Source of the DNA: Squalus acanthias
Taxonomy: Eukaryota
Length of the DNA: 64,000 nucleotides
Assembly (NCBI GenBank): GCA_030390025.1
Contig: CM059430.1
Location: 76,818,001 to 76,882,000 of the forward strand
Reading direction: 5' to 3'
The notes beneath the pieces are model-generated. The model had not been told where the DNA came from, did not search any database, and saw only the letters and a list, made by a program, of their open reading frames with translations. The first letter of the stretch is position 1; each line of letters begins with the position of its first letter. Below are positions 37,660-52,039 of this stretch, piece by piece. Position numbers and translations under genes: made by a program.

Positions 37660-39230
37660 CTATCAGTATAACTAAAGACATAGCACTGTAGAAATTAATG
37701 TGACTAAGTGGCGACAAATCACTTGGACCTGACGACCTGCATCCTAGGCTTTTAAAAGAGGTAGCTGAAGAGATATTGGATGCACTGGTATTAATCTTCC
37801 AGAATTCCCTCGTAGAACAGTCCTCAAGGATTGGAAGGTAGCAAACATAACCCCGCTATTTAAGAAGGGAGGAAGGGAAAAACGGGGAACTAGAGGCCAG
37901 TTAGCCTGACATCAGTAGTAGGCAAAATGCTAGAATCTATTATTAGGGACGTGGTAACAGGGCACTTAGAAAATCATAATAGGATTAGGCAGAGTCAACA
38001 TGGTTTTATGAAAAGGAAATCGTGTTTGACAAATCTGTTAAGAGTATTTTTAAGATGTAACGAGTAGGATGGATAAGGGGAACCAATGTATGTAGTGTAT
38101 TTGGATTTTCAAAAAGCTTTCGATAAGGTGCCACACAAGAGGTTATTAAACAAAATTAGTACTCATGGTATTGGGGGTAATATATTAGCATGGATCGAGG
38201 ATTGGTTAATGGACAGAAAACAGAGAATAGGAATAAACAGAACTTTTTCAGGTTGTCAGGCTCTAATTAATATGGTACCACAAGGATCAGTGCTTGGGCC
38301 TCAGCTATTTACAATTTATATTAATGACGTAAATGAAGGGACTGAGTGTAACCTATCCAATTTGCTGATGATGCACAGTTAGGTGGGAAAGTAAGCTGTG
38401 AGGAGGATGCATAGAGGCTGCAGAGAGATCTAGACAGGTTGACTGAGTGGGCAAGAACATGGCAAATGTAATACAATGTGGGGAAATGTGATGTTATACA
38501 CTTTTGTAGGAAAAACAAAAAAGCAGAATATTTTTTGAATGGTGAGAGACTGGGAAATATTTGCACTCAGAGGGACCTGGGTGTCCTTGTGCGTGAATTA
38601 CAGAAAGTTAACATGTTAGCTTTTGTTACAAATGGATTAGAGTATAAGAGTAAATAAGTCTTAGTACAATTATACAGGGTATTGGTGAGGCTACTGTTCT
38701 GATCTCCTTACCTAAGGAAAGACATACTTGCCTTAGAGTGAGTGCAACGAAGGTTCACTAGACTGCTTCCTGGGATGAGGGGATTGCCCTATGAGGAGAG
38801 ATTGAGTAGACTAGGCCTATATTCCTTAGAAGAATGAGAGGCGATCTAATTGAAACATATAACATTCTTAAGGGGCTTCACAGGGTTAATGCTGGGAAAA
38901 TGTTTCCCCTGGCTCGGGAATCTAGAACAAGGGCTCACAGTCTCAGAATAAGGGGTCGGCCATTTAGGACTGAGATGAGGAGAAATGTCATCACTCAAAA
39001 GGTTGTGAATCTTTGGAATTATCTACCGCAGAGAGCTGTGGATGCTCAGTCGTTGAGTATATTCAAGACAGAGATCGATAATTTTTGGGGAACTAAGGGA
39101 ATTAAGGGATATGGGGATGGTGCGGGAAGGTGGAGTTGAGGTAGAAGATCAGCCATGATCTTGTTGAATGGTGGTGTGGGCCCGAAGGGCCAAATGGCCT
39201 ACTCCAGCTCCTATTTCTTATGTTATTATG
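37660..39230 (+). mobile_element. CR1 LINE RT fragment, degenerate
   Basis: VYLDFQKAFDKVPH, VPQGSVLGP; many stops. Confidence 0.92.
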
Positions 39231-41567
39231 TGAAATTTAGAGAAACTCTGCAGTGAAAAAGAACACAACAGGCCTCCTCAGTATTCCATCTCCTACCTCC
39301 GAACCCAACTCTACCATTGCCAGACAAAATGGTTAACGTGAAGCGTAGCAGCTATTAATAAAGACACATTAAAAGATCGGCAGAATTAGCATTCTCCCGA
39401 TGTGTGAATTAGTTTTTAAATCTATATCGAAACTTGTGCAATAGTTAGTTGCTAACCAGATAACGCATTTCCATTATGCTACAATAAGCTTCGTGCTTGA
39501 AGTACTGATGCCCCGAGATGTGGCAAGAACCGCTTCCTCTCTTACTCGTAAACAACAATATTAAAGACAAATGTAGGGCAACAGTTTTCAGTACAACAGA
39601 AACCGCATCACAGTTTTGGTAAAATTCGTATCTCGCTGTGTACGTGAGCAGCAAACCCCCCACTCGTTAACCCTTATACTGCTGTAGCCAAAAGGACACT
39701 ATTTCTATTTCTTTGAGTATATCATGATTACACTTAAAGGGAAGACATTTCTATTGGCGCTATCTGCAGCACGCTGGTTATGTTGCAGACATCGCCAGTT
39801 TTCCTCAGGGTTCGGACGATGTCTGATGCTATCTAGTTTTTCCTGTTCACACAACCTAATGTATTACCGAGCCGTGACCACCTGAAACTTGTGAACAAAG
39901 AACTGAGCTTTTTGTGTTCGTAAATATCTGAACATCTTTCAGAAGTGATAGTCGCGGGGGGATACGAGGAGCTTGGGGATCTCACCACCGAAATGTTCAA
40001 TTGAGGTCCTTGAACTCCTACAGATATTGTACAACGATTATTATTAACCAGTATAATGAGTGCCTCACTTTTTCATCTGTCTTCACAATTATGCTTTTTC
40101 AATTGAAATTCTTTGGTGAAAGTCAAGGACGCATCATTGGTTCAAAAGAGTGGTGGAGAATACGAGATGAATCCGATTGGATGACATCTTAGTACCTCAG
40201 CTCTCCCATTATATCATTCATCACATTTTCAATCCAACTGGTGTTGGTTCTGTAGCCACTCTTCGAAAAATAGTTCTTACTTTAGTTACTTTCTGGGGAG
40301 CAGGCAGTTCGCAAGCATCCCTGGGATCACGTGGGCCAGCCCAACCAATCCCAAAGGGGGATTCTCATTATGCATATTGAGATTCTAATTATGTATGGAA
40401 TCCCCATAAGCATAATATGAATCGTCTAAAAATACATTTTCACAAGACTGAAATAAAAATAAATCATCACATGGTAAAAATTAATTAAATACAATTTAAT
40501 TAAACATTTGAAACAAAAATCTAACTTATTGAAAAATAAATTTGAACATTTTTCAAGGGGCCAATAGTAACCTAACTAATTTAGTGGAAACCCGGAACTT
40601 GCATGGCACTTATGCTCGTGTAATCTGTGCATACGCCGTCACAGGCGCCGGAAAATCCGGGCCAATGACTTAGCGCCATGTGTAACAAATTCGGGAGCAC
40701 TTCTCAGAAGAACAAACTTGCAATTCGGTTGCACATAAAGAATAGAGGAATTGTATTCCCATCACAACCAAATATTTCAATTGGATATAATCATTTTTAT
40801 AAATGCCTTCACCACGATTTCCTCTGCTCAGTATTTCTAGCAAAAATACTCATGATATCACTACAGCTAAGGATCAGAGCAATTTTTACTCATACAATTA
40901 GAAAGAGGAGGGAATATACATTGTATTAATCTGCCTCGCTCCTCTTATGTTTCAGTTTTGAAAAGGGGTCCACATCCGAAACAGTAACGTTTCTGTTCTT
41001 GTCACAGATGCTGACTGAACTGCATTGTGTTGCTGTCTTTGTTTCTCATCTCTACCATCTACACTACTTCTAAGCATACGCTTTCTGCTTACAAATCAGT
41101 AAAATAAGAAAAAGTAAAAAAAAACTGCACCACAATTCTACGATGTTAGTTCTCTGCCCTCCAGAACTTCTGTTAATACAGAATAACAGTGATGCACTGG
41201 AAAGTAGTTCACTATTAAATGGATAATAAGAGCAAGAGAAAAGTCAAGGACCAGTATGGACCAGTTCGTCCACTGAAGCTCTACTATCCCAGCTCTCCCA
41301 TTAGAGCATCTAGATACATTTACAATGCAATATTGGATTTGTAGCCTCTTTTGAAGAATTATTCTAGCCACTGAGCAAAAAAAAACATTCCGATATCTGT
41401 TTTATTTCTTACTTGCAGAGTTTTTTGCTCTCTAGTACTACTTCTTGGTTTACTGTGAACTCCTCCATTCACCCTACCTATCCTATTTAATAGTCTATAT
41501 ATATCCCAGTAAATGACTCAAATTACTGCCTCCTTCCTGGGCTGCAGTGCTTGAACTTATCTAGCGT

Positions 41568-41765
41568 TGGCTCAGTGGTAGCAGTCTCGTCTCTGAGTCA
41601 GCAGGTTAATGTTTCAATACCCACTCCTACGATTTGAGTTTATACTCCCGGCTGACACTTCCGTGCAGTACTGAAGGAGTGCTGCACTGTTGGAGGTGCC
41701 GTCTTGCGGATGAGACGTTAATTGAAATCCAGGTTTGCCCTCTCAGGTGGACCTGAAACATCCTT
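41568..41765 (+). mobile_element. DeuSINE (SacSINE1-like) 5' part
   Basis: tggctcagtggtagc A-box...ggatgagacgttaa core. Confidence 0.75.
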
Positions 41766-42039
41766 TGCTCGGCTCCTTCCACCCAACACAATCCCTATGG
41801 CAAGACTTCAATGGAAAGGAAATTCAAGTGCAAAACAGGCAACCTATTCGATATTGCTCATTGTGCACTACCGCCCAAGATGAATTTATTACCCATAAAG
41901 ATTATATCCACATTTCTATTAGTTTTCAAATGACTCAAACTACAAAGCGATCATGGCGTTATGATTTAGGATTTATCTACCAGGATAGTGAAATAATCAG
42001 TAGGGCCGATTAGGGAACAAAAATGAAATCATCTTGTGG

Positions 42040-43628
42040 AGGCAGAGTACATGGCTGAGGTACTAAATACATACTTTGCATCTGTCTTCACAAAGCAAGA
42101 GGATGCCTGCCAATGTCAGAGTAAATGAGGAGGCAGTGGAGACAATGAATAGGGTAAAAATTGATAAAGAGGAGGGGTCCTATTTTCCGATCGGATGCCT
42201 GCTGCGTGCGGAGGCCTCCGATCTGGAAAAATATACGAACTTACCTGAGGGCTCCCGAGGGAGCTATACTTCAGATCCTGGGCCTCTCCAAATTCCAAGT
42301 GCACAGGGCCCACGTGTCCCAGAGGCGCATGGGGCTCGCAAGCGTCCGTGGGATCACGTAGGCCATGGGGAGCCAATAGGAGAAGGGACTCTTGACAGAT
42401 AGACCTGTCATATATATGAATGGAGATCACCTCAAAAACAGTTGAACATTAAATAATTAAAAAAATCACCTTTTTAAAATTAGTTGAAATTACAATAAAT
42501 TAAATATTTTAAACAAAAATTTGATTTTTTCAAAAAAAATAATTAAAGTTTTTTACGGGGCTAAAGATAAACTTACCTTTTTAAAAGTATTTGTAAATGA
42601 TAAATGAGTGAATTTTTTTTTCTCACTTTTTTCAACTCTTATCCTGATAAAAGCCTGCTTTTACCAGGCGTAAGAATTGTAAGGGTTTTCTGTGGGAGGA
42701 GGGTCTCCAGAAAGTGGAACTCTCTGCCTGTGGAGGTCCTTCTCCAGGGCAGGCGTCCGATCTGTCAAGAGCATTCTTGACAGATCGGAAATGCTGGTTT
42801 TCAGCGCTTGCGCTGTGCATGCCTGAACACCCGTACACACCCGTAGGGATCGAAATATACGGCCCGAGGTATTGAAAATGCTGGAGGAGATCAAAGTGGA
42901 AAAGTCACCACGTCGGGATGGGATGCATCCCAGGATACTGAGGCAAGTAAGGATGGAAATAGCAGAGGCTATATCCACAATATTTCAATCCTCCTTGGAT
43001 ATGGGATTGCTGCTCGAGGGCTAAGAGATTGCAAAAGTTACCCCCGTTAAAAAAGGAGGGAGGAATAAACCGGTAATTACATGGCAATCAGCCTAATGTC
43101 AGGGAGGGGAAACTTTTAGAGACAATAATCCTGGCAAAATTGTCACGTGGAAAAAATTGGATGAATAAATGGCAGCTACCATGATTTGTTGAAGGAAAAT
43201 CGTGTCCCACAAACTTGATTGCTTTCTTTACTGAAATATCAGAGAGGGTACATGAAGGTTGTGCGTTTGATGTTGTGCCAATGGCCTTTCAAAGGGCGTT
43301 TGATAAAGTGCCACATAATAGAGCTGTTAGCAAAACTGAAGCTCATGGGTTTAAAGGGACAGTGGCAGCGTGGATGTGAAATGATAAGAGACAGAAAGCA
43401 GAGAATGCAGGTTACCAATTGTTTTTAAGACAGGACGGAAGTATACAGTGGTATTCCTCAGGGGTGGTATTCGGACCACTGCCCTTTTTGATATATAGTA
43501 ATGATCTGGACTTGGATATACAGCGCATAATTTAAAAGTTTGGAGATGACACGAAACTTGGAAATTTAGTATAGAGTGAGGAGGTACTAAATTACTACTT
43601 TACATCCGTCTTCACTAAAGAAGAAAAT
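42040..43628 (+). mobile_element. Old CR1 fragments interrupted by MITEs
   Basis: Degenerate RT motifs (FASVFT, AFDKVPH-like, GIPQG). Confidence 0.7.
42175..42865. mobile_element. Harbinger-type MITE with 3-bp TSD (GAG); relatives at ~32182-32345, ~40290-40665, 43629-44560
   Basis: Imperfect TIRs gggtcctattttccgatc / gatcgaaatatacggccc; removing the element restores the CR1 sequence gataaagaggaggtattg. Confidence 0.75.
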
Positions 43629-44559
43629 GGGCCCTATTTTGCGACCCCCTACAGGTGCGTACGTGGTGTGCACGTGCCTATAGGGGCCGCACAAGTTCCG
43701 GGTTTAGGTATGCGAAGCGCTTGCGCAAAAACCCAGAACTTGCGATCTGTCAAGAATCTTCTTGACAGATCCTTGCGTCCCTGGGAGATGGGCCTCTGCA
43801 GGTGGAGAGTTGCGCTATTTGCCCAACTTCCGCCCGCTGAATGCCCGTGAAATTATTATGCTTGGTAAAAGCAGGCGTAAGGCCTGCTTTTACCAGCATA
43901 AGAGTTAAAAAAAAAAAAAAAAAATGTTATGACTCATTTATACATTAAAAACCCTGTCCAATAAAGTAAGTTTATTTTTAAGCCCGTTAAAACATATCGG
44001 GCCAGAAATTCAGTTCTCCGGCTTCCCGCGGGTGCAAGGATCGCGCGCGTACTTACCTAGCGTGCCTGCCATTGTGCTTCAGGGCCGCGTGGACTTCGGC
44101 TCCTGGGCCTCCTGCAGCTGCCGGCGCGCAGTGCTTGCATATCCCAGGGGCGCAATTAGTTCGAAGCGTCCCCTGGGATCACATGGGCCATGGAGAGCCA
44201 ATGGGAGCAGAGAATCTCCATTCATAGATTTTGACAGGAAGACCTGTCAAATCTATGAATAGAGATCGGCCTCAAAACCTCACTTAAAACTTCAAATAAA
44301 TTAAAAAACATCACATTTTGAAAATAAATATAACTTACATAAATTAACTACTTCAAACAAAAATTTTAATTTTTGAAAAAATTAATTACACATTTTAACA
44401 GTGCTAAAAATAAACTTACCTTTCTTTAAAGTATGTAAAAAAGATAAACCTGTTGAAAAAATGTTTAAATTGTAATTAATTCACCACTTACCTTGTGCCT
44501 CCTTTTTTCCTGTGCAGCTTCTCCGTATATACCCTCACTCCAAAACCTGTAAAAAAAAC

Positions 44560-47500
44560 GGAAGTTCACTGCATGCGCGCTGCCTCTCTGGCGTACGCGT
44601 GGATCCAGTGCAGGAAAAGATTCAATGATCTCATGAGTTCAGGAAGGGTGAGTTCAATGCCACACTCACACTCACCTTCACTCTGATGTGCCTGTCACCA
44701 TATCCGCATCACTCTGGCTTCCCAAGCCTACTCCTGCACATCATTCCTCACACCAAACAACCTTGCAGGTCCACCCATCCCTCTCTGTCTATGTACATAC
44801 TCACATCCCTATCTGACTAACCACCCTGACACTCACCCTTTGGCAATGTAATGCCACTCACTCATAGATACCCACTACAGATGTAGCCCATTCATTCCTT
44901 GCACTCATTGCATCACTCTCACTCAAAGTTCTATTCTTTCCCTCCTTGCAGGAGAAGAGAGTCCATAACAATAGTGAGAGTATAGTGATAGACTTCAAGA
45001 GGACATAGACAGGCTGGTGGAATGGGCGGACATGTGGCAGATGAAATTTAACGCAGAAAATTGCGAAGTAATACATTTTGGTAGGAAGAACGAGGAGAGG
45101 CAATATAAACTAAAGGGTACAATTCTAAAAAGGCAGCAGGAACAGAGAGTCCTGGGGGTATATGTGCACAAATCGTTGAAGGTGGCAGGGCAGGTTGAGA
45201 AAGCAGTTAAAAAACATACGAGATCCTGGGCTTTATAAATAGAGGCAAAGAGTACAAAAGCAAGGAAGTGATGATGAAACACTGGTTCGGCCTCAACTGG
45301 AGTATTGTGTTCAGTTCTGGGCACCGCACTTTAGGAAGGATGTGAAGGCCTTAGAGAGAGTGCAGAAAAGATTTACAAGAATGGTTCCAGAAATGAGGGA
45401 CTTCAGTTACGTGAATAGACTGGGGAAGCTCGGGTTGTTCTTCTTAGGTTGAGAGGAGATTTGATAGAGGTATTCAAAATCATAAGGGGTCAAGACAGAG
45501 TAGTAGAGAAAAACTGTTCCCATTGGCGGAAGGGACGAGAACCAGAGGACACAGTTTTAAGTTGATTGGCAGAAGAACCAAAGGGGACATGAGGAAAAAC
45601 TTTTTACGCAGCGAGTGGTTATGATCTGGAATGCAATGCCTGGAAGGCTGGTGGAGGAAAATTTAATCGTGGCTTTCAAAAGGGAGTTGGATAAATACCT
45701 GAAGGAAAAAAAATGCAGGGCTACGGGGAAAGGGCGGGGGAGTGGGACGAGCTGAAGTGCTCTTGCAGAGAGCCGGCACGGGCTCAATGGGCTGAATGGC
45801 CTCCTTCTGTGCTGTAACCATTCTATGATTCTATGATTTTATGAGGCAGAGAAGCGGAGGTGGCCCTCCAATATTCATTCAATTGACTCCAGCAGAGGAG
45901 GAGTCCCTGGAGATCTCTCGAGTTGAAGAGCTGCTGGCGGTGTGAGATGGAGAGAGGGAGACATCCCAGCAATCCGGTGACTGAATTACATCCAATACAG
46001 TGACATGGCATACAGCAGTCATTGATATGGTGACTGATGTCAGTAGCCAGTGAAATATCATCATGTGCATAATGGCAACTTTACCTATTCTTATCATAAC
46101 ACCTTTAATTCACTCTTTACTCTCCCACAGGTCTCCCACTGTCCAACCGGAGGAGGAAGATGACTCCTCAGAGGAAGCTCCAGCATCTGAGGGTGCACCG
46201 TCAGCAGACCCAAGCGTAGCCAGCACCAGCGCAGATATACAAACCTTGGTGAGTCCTGTGCGAGATAGAGTAGTGTTGTCAGCTGGTGTCTCACAATTCA
46301 CAAGTGAGCAAAAGCAGCTGGTGTTGACAGGGACAGCAGTGGAGTCTCCTCGCCGGAGGGTGCAGGATGCTCCAAGCTCTGCTGAGCTGGATGCAGATGC
46401 TGAACCTTGGGGGCCATCGAGAAAGAGGGTGATCTCAGAGGGGCAGCAACAATTGCATGAGGCTCTGGCAGCTTTTGCAGCCGCGGTGTATGCAAATGTC
46501 CAGAGAATGGAGGAGTCCATCTCCAACATGAGCACCACCATGTCTCAACCGATGGCGATGATGTGCTGTTCCATGGAAAGGGCGGCCACCTGCACGGCAC
46601 AGCAAATGTTCCAGTCACACGAGCACGTGCTCGCTGTGGGCAACAGAGGGCAGAGGCTCATAGACCTCCTCTCAAGGAGGGATATAAATGTAGACTTGAG
46701 CGTTCATCGCCCCACTGCTGTGCAGCACAATGCTCTCCAGCTCCTTGCTAGTAGGGAAGTGTGGGTGTCCCATAAAAGGGATGATGGTGAGATGGGACAT
46801 GGAAGTGGGAGCTCTCCTCAAAGTGCTCCCACTTCTCCCCGTTGCCTCCCCCTCACTCTGGGCCCCACATGCTGCCTCGGATCCCGATGGCCGATTCTGC
46901 CCCTGCCAGGTGCAGGAGGAGCAGTGTATGGCGGGGACCTCACTGGCTCCAAGACCCAGAGGACGTCCGCCAAAAGTGTCTAACCAGTCGCAGCAGGGAA
47001 ATGAGCAGCCTGCCTCCACCTCTGCTGAAACCAGAGGGGTTGCACCTCATAGAAGCACTCGGAAAAGTATAAAGACACAATCCTAGATGCATAACGGTAT
47101 GCACATGGGTCTATGAAAAAATGTTAGTGCTAAGTTTTAGTTTTTTTAATGCACAAACGTATTTTTTGCACCACTTTCCGGTCTTGTCCATTTTTGCCTG
47201 CTACCTTGGAAGTGGCTTTGTCACTTCGAGTGAATGGTGAGGCATTACTTAACCTCGAGCAATGGGGGTTTGGGTGACAGGAATGGCTTGGTCTTTGTAG
47301 GGATGCTTTATGGTGTTGTTGATGAGGGGGAATTAGTACAGAATGTGGCAGCCACATGGGTACATTGGAGCAATTTAAGTAAATCTGGTCATGATGAGAC
47401 CATCCCAGGCCTCCCGGGCAGCAATGTGCGCCGCTGCTGGTGCCATCTCCTCCTCAAGTTCCTCCACCTCCTCCTCCTCGTCTTCCACCTGCTCCTACTC

Positions 47501-49152
47501 CTCCTCCTCTGAAGAGGCTGTGCGCTCTGTGCCTTGCTCCTTCTGCAGCTCCAGCCCTCGCTGCTGTGCTATGTGGTGCAGCACACAGCAACCAACGATG
47601 ATTCTGGAGACCCTGGCTGCTGTGTACTGAAGGGCTCCTCCACATCTGTCAAGGTAACTGAAGCGCATCTTCCACATGCCTATTGCTTGCTCTATGACAC
47701 ATCTTGTGGACATGTGGCTCTCATTATAACACTCCTGGGCCTCAGTATTTGGCCTCCTCAAGGGTGTCATGGCCCACGTCTTCAGTGGATAGCCCTTGTC
47801 TCCAAGCAGCCAGCCAGTAAGTCTGTTTGGTTGTGCGAAGAGCTGAGGGAGGGTGGACTGTTGTAGCACAAAAGAATCATGACAGCTGCCAGGGAATCTG
47901 GCGCACACATGCATGATGATCTTTTTATGATTGTAGACGAGCCGCACATTGAGGGACTGGAAGCCCTTGCGGTTGACAAAGACTCCTAGGTGATGATGTG
48001 GTGCCCTGAAGGCCACATGTGTGCAATCCATGATGCCCTGCACCTGTGGGAAGCCAGCCAGTGCCGCAAAGCCGAGCACCTGCTCAGTAACACTAGCTTC
48101 ATCAGTGGCAAAGTTGATATAATTGGTTGACTTGTGAAACATGCCATCATTCACCTGGGTGATGCATCTGTGGGCTGCCGACTGCGAGATCCTCCAAATG
48201 TCTGCTGCACATCCCTAGAAGGAGGCTGAGGCGAAGAAGTTGAGGGCGGTGGTGACTTTGACAGCCACTGGTAAGGCACGTCCACCAGGTCTTCTGGGCA
48301 GCAGGTTTTGTTCCAGCAAGCTACAGAAGTCTGCAATGACCTAGCGTGATAGCCTGAGCCTTCTGAAGCACTGCTGCTCAGTCATGTCCAGGAAGCTCAT
48401 ACTCTGCGTCTATATCCTGTGTTGGCGGCATCGCCTCCGGCTTGGTGCAGCCCTGTGCTGACCGCCTCCTGTGCAGCATCAGGATGGCGAGGAGAAGGCT
48501 GGTGTTGTGGTTGCTGCTGCTGCTGCTGGTGTTGTGGTTGCTGCTGCTGCTGGTGTTGTTGGTGCTGGGGCTCATCTTGTTCCGATTCTGAGGTCCAAGG
48601 TGAGACAGCATAAGTGGCACCCATGCTGATGTAATAGATGGCAGGTAAAGCGGAGATGAGTGGCCCAATCCCTCAATGATAGTGACTAGCAATGTGGTGG
48701 GAGTGGATTCCGAGATTGCAGAAATGACCTGCAAACTGCTGGCAGCTAAATCTCTGCACAACATGGAGTCAGCAAGAGCGTTTCCATTAGCCAAGTAATG
48801 AGGTGCAATGTGTTTTTCCAGGCTCTCAATTAATGGACTGGCACAAAGGCCACTGAGCTTCCACCTCCCCTTCACAGGCGAGGTTACCGAGGTGCATGAA
48901 ACCCATGCTCCTGAAGTTAAAGCCAAAAGCTGCTGTTAAAAACACACTTAAGGGTCTCTCATCAAGCATTTAAGTACTTAAATGAGGTCGCCCGCCTCTC
49001 CCGAGCGGGTCTGTGGCGCACCTCCAAACGCACCCGAGTTAAATGCAGAAGTCGACAGGATGACGGCGGGTTGCCAACACGCTGTCAATTTGCGTGAGTT
49101 TAACTGCTGATCCGCCCCCAAACCCTCACGCTTAGAACGGTATCATTCTGGC
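44560..49152. mobile_element. Degenerate autonomous-type Harbinger: spliced Myb/SANT gene (+) and transposase (-, ~47390-48625)
   Basis: WIQCRKRFNDL followed by a gtgagt donor. Transposase [48 protein letters not shown]; in-frame stops. Confidence 0.9.
44975..45838 (+). mobile_element. CR1 3' fragment nested in the Harbinger Myb gene
   Basis: WADMWQMKFNAENCEVIHFG; (ttctatga)n tail. Confidence 0.9.
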
Positions 49153-49730
49153 CATGGAGTACAGAAGGAAGGAAGTGATGCTGAACCTTCATGAATCACT
49201 GGTTAGGCCTCAGCTGGAGTATTGTGGCCAATTTTGCGCACCAAATTTTAGGGAGGATGTCAAGGCCTTGGAGAGGGTGCAGAGGAGATTCACCAGAATG
49301 GGTACCAGGGATGAAGGACTTCAGTTATGTGGAGAGATGAGAGAAAGTCAGATTGTTCTCCTTATAGCAGAAAAGGTTAATGGGAGATGTAATAGAGGTG
49401 TTCATAATCATGTGGGGTTTTGATAGAGTAGATCAGAATAAACTGTTTCCACTGACATTGTGGTCAGTAACTAGAGGACATAGATTTAAGATAATTATCA
49501 AAAATCCAGCGATTTGTTATAATCTGGAATGCACTTCCTGAAATCGTGGTGGAAGCAGATTCAATACTATCTTTAAAAAGGTAATTGGATATATTCGAAA
49601 AGGAGAAATTTGCAGGGATATGGGGAAAGAGCAGGTGAGTGGAAGCAATTGGATAGCTTTTCCAAAGATCCAGCACAGACGCGATGGACCGAATAGGCTT
49701 CGTCTATGCTGTATGATTCTATGTTTCTAT
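49153..49730 (+). mobile_element. CR1 3' fragment
   Basis: LVRPQLEYCGQF...LERVQRRFTRM. Confidence 0.85.
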
Positions 49731-52039
49731 GCTAGGACAGACACCGTGTTTGGGTGCTTCCTGCACAGAACGATGCAAGCTGGCATGAGAATCGCGGGTC
49801 GAAAGTCCATCCATTAAATTATTGGAAGCAAATTCAGTCACTACGGGCCCACAGCCTCCCGGCCGGCATAACATGCCAACACCTCCGGTGCCCTACTGGC
49901 GGAATCAGTCCAATTAACTCAAAAATAAGTGATCATAGTTCATTCTTGTAGTCCACTGGTAGGACTAGTCTGGGGTAATAACCTGCAACTGGCAAGGTTA
50001 ATATACTTGAAGTTATACTTTTGCTGCAGCAAAAAGTGACAAAACCATTTGGGTTCTTTGTGAAGTTGAGCATTATAACCTACAATTTTCCGATAAGCTT
50101 CTCCATGGTTGCTCGGTCGTCCGGCTGCTGCGGAGAAGCAGCATATTCCGACCAAGGAGTTGGAGGCAAAGACATTGGGGTTGTTCAAATTCAGTTGGAT
50201 GCTATGATGGGTAAATGAGGGAACTGAAGGGTATGCCGATTTCTCGCCATTTTGCGTGTTCAACCGCTGCATAATAAAAAAAGGTATCTGTGAGTGGCGC
50301 CCACTGGCGCATACTGGCACGGCCAGACAATGAATTCTGTCATGTTTCTTATTAATTCTCAGGACGCGGACATCGCTGACAAGGCCAACATTTATTGCCC
50401 ATCGCTTGATAGGATACTTCAGTGGGAAGTTCAGAGTCGACCAAGTTAGTATGGGATTGGAGTCACATATAGTCCAGACCGGGTAAGGACGGCAGGTTTA
50501 CTACCACAAAGGACATTCGTGAACCAGTTTTACGCTAATCCGACAGCTTTGTGGTTACTTTTACTAATATAAGCTTTTTGTTTACAGGTTGTATTAAACT
50601 GAAATCACATTCTCAAATTATCGATGTGGGGTGTCAACTCCCGTTTTCTGGATTTAGTTAGTTAGTTTAGTTAGAGTCAGTTAATGGGTACAAAAGTATA
50701 GACTATGCTGGTACGATGTCGCAACATACGCTGGGTCCAAGAGTAAAAGCAGATGTTTTTTACTATTCACTGCAGCTGATGGTATCTTTTAAACAACACC
50801 TTGTTTCGCAATCCACAGGTCACTTGTTATTCGGATGCCTCTGACCTACTGTCACAGATATTGAAAAATGTTTCCATGTGTGTTGTGTAAAAGCTGCTCT
50901 CACTTTGCACTATTTCTGTATGTATCTTTAGAACGACAGAATAAAATGGGGCCAATTATGGCATTTAATAGATTAAAGTGCACTTATGTATATCCTTACA
51001 TTTGAAATAATTTAGGATGAAAACCCATTCATTTACAATCACCTAACTTTCTCTCTACATGAAACCGGAAATTCCAGCTCCCGTTTTGAAAGTTGTGCTT
51101 ACTTTAGAAGAAATACAAAATAATTCCCGGAATTCGTGGTCAGCAGCGAAGTGAAGGCGTTCGCTGCTGGCCCCGAAGTCCGCTTCACACAAGGATATTG
51201 CAATCAATGTGTCGAGAACTTCGAGGTTCCCGCGGTGCAATTCAAATCAATGAACTGTAGTGGGGTTCCCCTTGTGCGAACTGCTGTGAGGTCAACTAGC
51301 TGTCTGAGCAGCCAATCAAAACACAGAATTCTCAGACAGCGAACAAGGAAGTGAGTATGCTCTTAAAATTCTATTTTTTTTTAAATAGTTAGAGGGAGGA
51401 AAACAAAGATTGAGGCTCTCAGATGGTGAATTAAAAACCTGAAATAAAGATGGACAAACTTTAAAACAGATTTTTAAAACATTTTCTTTTCAATTTTATT
51501 TTTTATTGAAATGGACAAATTTCATACAACACAAAATGAAAACTGGTTCTCGAGGCCCTTAACATTTGTTTATCATTGATAATGCTGTTAAAACCCCAGC
51601 TGCACCTAATCCCTTTGGGTTTAAATTTTAGTGGGGAATTTAACAGAGTACTTCCTGCGGAATAACTGAAGTTTGGATCACTTTCCCTGATTTGGCTGAT
51701 TACACGGATTGCTGGCTATGTTGAGGGGGTGGACACAGCGTAGCCTGTGTCTGAGCTGTCAATGACTGACCGCAATTTCGGGATTTCTGCCTACACTCCT
51801 GCCAAATCCAGAAGTTGCGGTCAGTTTCAAAGGCGGAATGATGGCGAACACTGGTTGGCAGTTAGGATTGACTAATGAGCGGCAGCCCATAGAAATCTCG
51901 ATGCCCTTGAATTTGTAGAATATCAAATCGCATCCATCTAACTTATGTTGCCTGTTTGTGTATTGCAATGTATATGAAACAGCCGTGACAGTCTGGTAGT
52001 CTCACTCACAATACTGCGCATTAGTTAGTATATGGATAC

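Noticed and set aside
47495-48154. Domesticated HARBI1 gene
   Set aside because: In-frame stops and frameshifts, a paired Myb ORF and multiple decayed copies indicate a transposon.
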